Shown piece after piece: positions 58,616-64,000 of a stretch of DNA of 64,000 nucleotides; within the stretch, counting starts at the first letter, position 1, and each line of letters begins with the position of its first letter. This stretch comes from Alphaproteobacteria bacterium (GTDB taxonomy: Bacteria; Pseudomonadota; Alphaproteobacteria; JAJTHO01; CANGYM01): assembly GCA_044375675.1 (NCBI GenBank), contig JBILMD010000001.1, forward strand, positions 126,396 to 190,395, given 5' to 3'. The position numbers were made by a program, and so were the translations under genes. The notes below the pieces were generated by a model. It had not been told where the DNA came from and made no database searches. It saw only the letters and a list, made by a program, of their open reading frames with translations.

Positions 58616-58834
58616 ATGACCATCAAAACCCTTTTCCTCTCCACAACTTTGGCCGCGCTGATCATCGTGGCTGCGGCGTCCTCAACGTTGGCCAGCGACC
58701 ACGAACACGATCACGCGGCGCCTGCCTCCACAGCAACAGCCCCTGCAACCCCCGCTGAAGACGCCAAAAAAGCCCACGATCACAAAGATCACGACAAAGA
58801 TGACCACGACGAAGACAGCAAGAAAAAAGACTAA
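58616..58834 (+). CDS. Small secreted His/Asp-rich protein
   Basis: Signal peptide, then HEHDH...HDHKDHDKDDHDED. Confidence 0.45.
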   Translation: MTIKTLFLSTTLAALIIVAAASSTLASDHEHDHAAPASTATAPATPAEDAKKAHDHKDHDKDDHDEDSKKKD

Positions 58835-58865
58835 ACACCCTTTGCCTTTCGCATTGTTGTTCAGG

Positions 58866-58892
58866 GGGCCGGCGCTGCGTCGGCCCTTTTTT
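58866..58892 (+). terminator. Intrinsic terminator GGGCCG-gcgctgcgt-CGGCCC + T6
   Basis: GC stem followed by a T-run, downstream of the His-rich ORF. Confidence 0.5.
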
Positions 58893-58993
58893 ATTTATTT
58901 TTGTTGCTTTTTAAGGCTTTCAGCGTTAGGGCTTAAGGCTTAGGGAAAAACTTAACCCTTTTTTCGTGATTTTGTTTTTAGTTTACAGGTATT

Positions 58994-59212
58994 ATGGCCA
59001 AAGAAGATCTGATTGAATTCAATGGAACGGTGGAAGAAGTTCTGCCCAACGCCATGTTTCGCGTTAAACTGGATAACGACCACAAAGTTTTGGCCCACAC
59101 ATCGGGCAAAATGCGCAAAAACCGTATCCGCATCATGGCGGGGGACCAAGTCACTGTGGAAATGACCCCCTATGACCTTTCCAAGGGGCGCATTACCTTC
59201 CGATTTAAATAA
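58994..59212 (+). CDS. infA: Translation initiation factor IF-1
   Basis: [47 protein letters not shown]... is the canonical IF-1. Confidence 0.97.
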   Translation: MAKEDLIEFNGTVEEVLPNAMFRVKLDNDHKVLAHTSGKMRKNRIRIMAGDQVTVEMTPYDLSKGRITFRFK

Positions 59213-59218
59213 AGGTCT

Positions 59219-60037
59219 ATGGATCAGATGCCTTTGTCTATGTCCCACCTTTTTTGTCTGACTCTTTTGATGGTGACCTTCGGTGGCCTCGCCTCCGCGC
59301 AGGAGCCCATTTCTTTAGGCACCGTCACCCCCCCTCGCGCGGCGGCTTCCGCTTCCCCCGCCTCCCTTATGGACCTGCAAGACAAACTCACCACCCTTGA
59401 AAGCAGCCTGCAGGCCCAAACCCAGCAGATCGAAGACTTGCAAAAAACCGTTCAAACCCTCGAGCAAAAATTAGCCCAACCCCCCGAATCTGCCGCCCCA
59501 ACAGAAAACGAAACAGCCACCGCCCCAGACACTACACCAGACAATACACTAGATGTATCTCCAGAAAACGATGCGGCGGAATCCTCAGATGAAATTTCCC
59601 CTGCCTTTGGGCAGGCAAAGCCCTCCCAACCTTTGGAATCAACTGCGGATGCCACCCCTGCGCAGGCCGACCCCTACCAAACCGGCATCGACGCCCTGAA
59701 ACAGGGGCAGTATGCTAAGGCACGGGACCATTTCACCACCTTTATCGCAAACAATCCTGAGGATAAACTGGTCCCCAACGCCTATTACTGGATGGGCGAG
59801 GCGTATTATGCCGAGGGCAATTACCGTAAATCCGGCGAAACGTTTTTAAAAAGCTTTCAGGATTATCCGGACAGCCCCAAAGCCCCTGACAGCCTTCTGA
59901 AACTTGGTCTTTCTTTGCAATCCGCCAAACAAAACAAGCAAGCCTGCCAGAGCTTTGATGAACTTTTACGCCGCTACCCAAAGGCCAACCCGACCATCAT
60001 CCAACGGGCTAAGCGTGCCAAAGCCTCCTGCGCCTAA
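59219..60037 (+). CDS. YbgF/CpoB-like Tol-Pal associated TPR protein
   Basis: Signal peptide, a coiled-coil (LQDKLTTLESSLQAQTQQIEDLQKTVQTLEQKL), and C-terminal TPR repeats. Confidence 0.65.
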   Translation: MDQMPLSMSHLFCLTLLMVTFGGLASAQEPISLGTVTPPRAAASASPASLMDLQDKLTTLESSLQAQTQQIEDLQKTVQTLEQKLAQPPESAAPTENETATAPDTTPDNTLDVSPENDAAESSDEISPAFGQAKPSQPLESTADATPAQADPYQTGIDALKQGQYAKARDHFTTFIANNPEDKLVPNAYYWMGEAYYAEGNYRKSGETFLKSFQDYPDSPKAPDSLLKLGLSLQSAKQNKQACQSFDELLRRYPKANPTIIQRAKRAKASCA

Positions 60038-60055
60038 GAGGTATCATTAAGGGCT

Positions 60056-61252
60056 ATGCTTCCGCCCCTTACCTTTCTGCCCTCTGCCCGCCAAATGGCG
60101 GTGGCCCTGTCGGGGGGTGTGGACAGCTTTGTGACGCTCCATCATATGCGGCGCTCTGTGCCGCAGGGGACGGTGATTACCGCCCTTTACACCAACCACC
60201 ACCAACGGGCCGCGTCTGATCTGGAATCCCGTGTGATTCAGGGGTGGTGCCAAAACTTGGGGGTTCCGTTTTACAGTCTGGATTTGGACACCCCGCCCCA
60301 TAGCGATGCCGCAACGCTGCGGCGGGCACGTTATCGCGCCATGATCACATGGTGCCATGCCCATCACCATCCGGTTTTGATCACAGGACACCACAGCGAT
60401 GACCAAAACGAAACCTTCCTGATTGCGGCGCAGCGCGGCAGCGGCGTGGATGGCTTGGCTGGTATGCGCCCCATCCACGTATGGTGGGGCATTCAGGTGG
60501 TGCGCCCCTTGCTGATGGTGCCCAAGGACCAGATTGTGGCCGAAGCCCGAACCCTAGGCCTGCGCTGGATCGAGGACCCCAGCAATGCCAAAATGGACTT
60601 TTTGCGGAATCGGTTGCGGGCGGCTTTGCTGGACACGCCCCATCATTTGGAAACCACCTTGGGGGCTTTGACGGCTGCCCGTGATTACTTTGACCGCAAT
60701 GTTGACACGTTTTTTCGCCAGCATGTTCAGATTTTCCCCGAAGGCTACCTGACTCTGCCCTACCCCGCCTTGGTTTCTCAAGACGGCGAAATTGCCCGTC
60801 GTATTTTGAAACAGGCGCTGCGCCTGATCAGTGGAAAAGCCGTTGATCCCCGCTTTGCCCGCCTGAGCCGCGCCACATGGGCCCTGTATCAGGCCCCCAA
60901 ACAAACCCTCAGCCTGCATGGCTGCATCATCACCAGCACACCCGAAAAAATCCTGATTTACAGAGAAGCCAAAGCCATAGACCCCACCCCCCTGCCCGCA
61001 GATCAACCCCATTTGTGGGATCAACGGTTTTTCTGTCAGGCCCATGAACCCGATGCCTATTGGTCTGCCTTGGGCACCGAGGGGTATGAACGCATCCGCC
61101 CCCACCTCAAGGCCACCCAGCGCCCCCTGCGCTACGCCGTGGCCCTGACACAACCCGCCCTGTGGTCCAAGCAAGATCATCGCGTTCTGGCCGCCCCCAC
61201 GTTACACTATGAACCGGACGAGCGGTCCTTGCGGGTGTTTTTTTTAACTTAG
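60056..61252 (+). CDS. tilS: tRNA(Ile)-lysidine synthetase
   Basis: PP-loop MAVALSGGVDSFV. Confidence 0.85.
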   Translation: MLPPLTFLPSARQMAVALSGGVDSFVTLHHMRRSVPQGTVITALYTNHHQRAASDLESRVIQGWCQNLGVPFYSLDLDTPPHSDAATLRRARYRAMITWCHAHHHPVLITGHHSDDQNETFLIAAQRGSGVDGLAGMRPIHVWWGIQVVRPLLMVPKDQIVAEARTLGLRWIEDPSNAKMDFLRNRLRAALLDTPHHLETTLGALTAARDYFDRNVDTFFRQHVQIFPEGYLTLPYPALVSQDGEIARRILKQALRLISGKAVDPRFARLSRATWALYQAPKQTLSLHGCIITSTPEKILIYREAKAIDPTPLPADQPHLWDQRFFCQAHEPDAYWSALGTEGYERIRPHLKATQRPLRYAVALTQPALWSKQDHRVLAAPTLHYEPDERSLRVFFLT

Positions 61253-61260
61253 ACAGGGCC

Positions 61261-61716
61261 TTAGGGGGACATTTCTCCAAAGCAACCCTCCCGCGCCCGT
61301 GCCAGCACAATCCCCACACTCACCGCCAGATTCAGGGACCGCATCCCTGCCTGCATGGGAATGACAATGCGTTCATGGGCCGCTTGGTGCACATGATCCG
61401 GCACGCCCGCGGATTCTGATCCAAACAGCAACACATCATCCGCTTTGTAATCCAGGGCATAATAGGGCACCGCCCCCCGCGTGGTGGCCAGCACCAACCG
61501 CCGATTGCCCAAATTTTGGCAAAACACATCCCACGTTTGCCGCTGATAATCCAGATGATCCGCATAATCCATCAGACTGCGGCGGAGTTTTCGATCGTCC
61601 AGCACAAACCCCAAAGGTTCAATCAACACCAGCGGCACCCCAAAACAAACACACGTCCGCATAATGGACCCCGTATTTTGGGGGATGTCTGGTTGGTATA
61701 GGGCGAGGGTGGGCAT
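61261..61716 (-). CDS. trmL: tRNA (cytidine/uridine-2'-O)-methyltransferase, SpoU family
   Basis: LALYQPDIPQNTGSIMRTC...LLFGSESAG...RSLNLAVSV. Confidence 0.85.
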   Translation of the reverse strand: MPTLALYQPDIPQNTGSIMRTCVCFGVPLVLIEPLGFVLDDRKLRRSLMDYADHLDYQRQTWDVFCQNLGNRRLVLATTRGAVPYYALDYKADDVLLFGSESAGVPDHVHQAAHERIVIPMQAGMRSLNLAVSVGIVLARAREGCFGEMSP

Positions 61717-61722
61717 GAAGGA

Positions 61723-62499
61723 TCACGTCATAAACTGCTCATTCAAAATCCGCTCTTCCAGATTGTGTTCGGGGTCAAAGAGCAGGTGCAGACGGCGGTT
61801 GCGTTCCTCATGAATAAAAACACGCACGATGTCGCGGACCTCCACCGAATCCGCCACGGCACTGACAGGGCGTTTGTGGGGGTGGATAGGTTCCACAACA
61901 ATGCAGGCCGTATGGGGCAAAATGGCCCCCCGCCAGCGCCGCGGCCGAAAGGGACTGATTGGCGTCATGGCCAGCAAATCAGCCCCCAAGGGCAAAATGG
62001 GCCCCGACGCCGACAGGTTATAGGCCGTACTGCCCGCCGGCGTCGTCACAATCAATCCATCACACACCAATTCCGGCAAACGCACCACGTCATCAATGCT
62101 GATGCGCAGTTTGGCGGCTTGGCGCGTTTCCCGCAGAAAGGAAACTTCGTTGATGGCCAGAGCCTCAAAAATTTCCCCATCCACCGTTTCGGCCTGCATA
62201 TTCAAGGGATGCAGGATCACGTCCTGCGCGCGCTTTAGCCGTTCAAACAATCCATCGCGGGCATAGGTATTCATCAGAAACCCCACGGTGCCCCGATTCA
62301 TGCCGTAAATTTTTTTGTTTTTTTTCATGGTTTTATGCAGCGTTTCCAGCATAAAACCATCGCCGCCCAAAACAACAATCACATCGGCCTCGGCGGGGCT
62401 GACAAAGGTGTAATGGGCCATCATGTCCCGCGCCGCCTGCTGTGCATCGGGCGTGCGTGATGCCAAAAGGGCCAAAGCGGGGCAATCAGGCAGCATCAC
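61723..62499 (-). CDS. nadK: NAD kinase
   Basis: GGDG motif (VLGGDGFML), NE/D motif, TPAGSTAY. Confidence 0.9.
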   Translation of the reverse strand: MMLPDCPALALLASRTPDAQQAARDMMAHYTFVSPAEADVIVVLGGDGFMLETLHKTMKKNKKIYGMNRGTVGFLMNTYARDGLFERLKRAQDVILHPLNMQAETVDGEIFEALAINEVSFLRETRQAAKLRISIDDVVRLPELVCDGLIVTTPAGSTAYNLSASGPILPLGADLLAMTPISPFRPRRWRGAILPHTACIVVEPIHPHKRPVSAVADSVEVRDIVRVFIHEERNRRLHLLFDPEHNLEERILNEQFMT

Positions 62500-64000
62500 G
62501 TCACCACCCGCATCACATCATGAATGGTGGATTGGGACCGCAAGGCTGCCAAAATCGATTGCAAATGATCCTGATTCCGCACATCCAGATCCAGCATGAT
62601 GGAATAAAAATCATTCTGACGCTCGGTGATTTTTAAATTGTTAATGTTGGACTGATTTTGTCCGATGATATTACACAAACTGCCCAAAATGCCAGGTTTG
62701 TTTTCCAAAATCACCCGAATACGGGCCACGTACTGCCCCTGATCCCCAGACGATTCGGGATCCCACGACAGCGGCAACAGGCGGTCCATGCTGCCGTCCA
62801 TAAAGGGCTTGAGGTTGGGACAATCGGATGTGTGAATGCTGACCCCCTTGCCCGTTGTCACCAAACCGATGATGCGATCCCCGGGCACCGGATGGCAACA
62901 TTTGGCATAATGAATGGCCATGCCTGGGATCAATCCCACAACCGGCAATTTATGCCCACTTTTTTTCGGGGCCACTGTTGTTTTGGGCAGGCTGAGGCGG
63001 GCCTCTTTTTCCGTTTTTTCCTGATGCACGATTTCGGGGTGCAGGGTCAACAAAACCTCGCGGCAGGTCATATCGCCACTGCCGATGGTGGAAAACAGAT
63101 CCTCTGTGTTTTTCAATTTGTGATGTCCACTCAGTTTGGGCAGGGCCTCGGTGAGTTGATAGAGGGAAACGGATTTCCCGTAATCTTTCAGCGTGCGCTC
63201 CCACATGGCCTCGCCCAATTTTTTGTATTCGCCTTGGCGTTTTAAACGAACATAGCGGCGAATGCGGGATTTGGCTTTGGCACTGACAACGAACTGTTCC
63301 CATGCGGGGCTGGGTTCCCTCTCCTTTTGGGTGATGATTTCGATTTGATCCCCGTTTTTCAAAACGGTATTCAGGGGGACCAACCGGCCATTGACACGGG
63401 CCCCGCTGCAATGATCCCCGACTTTGGTATGCACAGCGTAGGCATAATCCACCGGCGTGGCCCCGCGGGGCAGCACCATCAAATCGCCGGCGGGGCTGAA
63501 ACAAAACACCTGATCCTGAAACATCGCAATTTTGGTGTGTTCCAGAAACTCCTCGGGGGAGGACGCATTTTCCATGACCTCCAGCAATTCCCGCAACCAG
63601 CGGTAATTGTGCTGTTCTTTTGTCTGCTGCTTGTAAACCCAGTGCGCGGCAATCCCCAGCTCGGCCACTTCGTGCATGGCTGTGCTGCGGATTTGAATTT
63701 CAACCCGCATGTTTTTGGGGCCAATGACCGAGGTATGCAGCGAACGATACCCGTTTAATTTGGGCACGCTGATGTAATCTTTAAATCGACCCGGAATAAT
63801 CTGGTATTTGCTGTGAATCACCCCCAGCGCGGCGTAACAGTTGGGCGTGCTGTCCACAATCAACCGAAACGCCACCAGATCCGTCAATTGATCAAAGGAC
63901 AAATCCTTTTTTTGCATCTTCATCCAGATGGAATAGGGCTTTTTTTCCCGCCCCTGAATGCGGACGTTCAGGCCCGCTTCTGCCATATCCTGTTTCAGCT
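62496..64000 (-). CDS. spoT: Bifunctional (p)ppGpp synthetase/hydrolase, RelA/SpoT (Rsh) family. Partial: N-terminal part lies beyond the window end.
   Basis: Synthetase-domain block (RxKxxxSIxxKM-type [12 protein letters not shown]), TGS and ACT-like C-terminal regions. Overlaps the nadK start by 4 nt. Confidence 0.9.
   Translation of the reverse strand, partial: LKQDMAEAGLNVRIQGREKKPYSIWMKMQKKDLSFDQLTDLVAFRLIVDSTPNCYAALGVIHSKYQIIPGRFKDYISVPKLNGYRSLHTSVIGPKNMRVEIQIRSTAMHEVAELGIAAHWVYKQQTKEQHNYRWLRELLEVMENASSPEEFLEHTKIAMFQDQVFCFSPAGDLMVLPRGATPVDYAYAVHTKVGDHCSGARVNGRLVPLNTVLKNGDQIEIITQKEREPSPAWEQFVVSAKAKSRIRRYVRLKRQGEYKKLGEAMWERTLKDYGKSVSLYQLTEALPKLSGHHKLKNTEDLFSTIGSGDMTCREVLLTLHPEIVHQEKTEKEARLSLPKTTVAPKKSGHKLPVVGLIPGMAIHYAKCCHPVPGDRIIGLVTTGKGVSIHTSDCPNLKPFMDGSMDRLLPLSWDPESSGDQGQYVARIRVILENKPGILGSLCNIIGQNQSNINNLKITERQNDFYSIMLDLDVRNQDHLQSILAALRSQSTIHDVMRVVT

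Overview
This window looks like an alphaproteobacterial chromosome segment, on the evidence of a CtrA-type response regulator and a DivK-PleD pair, both recognised by protein similarity from memory. Coding density is high and the core genome runs at roughly 55-60% GC by eye. About 60 housekeeping genes are recognisable. On the minus strand they include gpx (partial), an SDR, greA, lpdA, rplJ-rplL-rpoB, mscL, ychF, hisH-hisA-hisF, rplY, prs, the fmt-truA pair, folK and map. The minus-strand run ends with trmL, nadK and a partial relA/spoT-family gene. On the plus strand they include argB, trxB, folD, serB, pth, ctrA, coaD, hpf, folB-folP, mltG, pyrH-frr, uppS-cdsA-dxr-rseP-bamA, infA and tilS. 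Accessory material is interleaved with this core in seven places. First, six type-II TA-like modules: two tandem MntA/HepT pairs, a RelE-XRE pair, an HI0073/HI0074-like HEPN/MNT pair, ParDE, and VapD plus an unknown partner. Second, an AT-richer, translationally coupled three-gene operon (KAS-III/FabH-like synthase, heme-oxygenase-fold diiron-type protein, unknown 293-aa protein) beside a decayed DDE transposase remnant; this is my best candidate for an undescribed small-molecule biosynthetic cassette. Third, a roughly 5-kb mosaic-repeat island (27.65-32.6 kb) carrying four copies of a promoter-like cassette with a (GGCAC)n pentanucleotide microsatellite (n = 4, 6, 7, and 2 in a degenerate copy). 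Each intact copy is followed by a 5'-UTR hairpin and a small unrelated ORF, and the island also holds a Crp/Fnr regulator, Hsp20, a host-attachment-family protein and VapD. Fourth, heptanucleotide tandem arrays sit exactly at the start codons of argB and hisH, the latter forming a His-codon-rich uORF. Fifth, a eukaryote-type glutaminase (EF-hand-like N-domain, glutaminase, ankyrin repeats) and the divK-pleD pair are inserted inside the conserved pyrH-frr-uppS block. Sixth, two perfect tandem DnaA boxes lie in a convergent intergenic region. Seventh, homopolymeric C9 and G8 tracts occur inside coding regions. Synteny is unusual: rpoB is not followed by rpoC, and rplJ is not preceded by rplK-rplA. 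No rRNA, tRNA or CRISPR array was found. All calls rest on reading the six-frame translations and the raw sequence, with no database searches.
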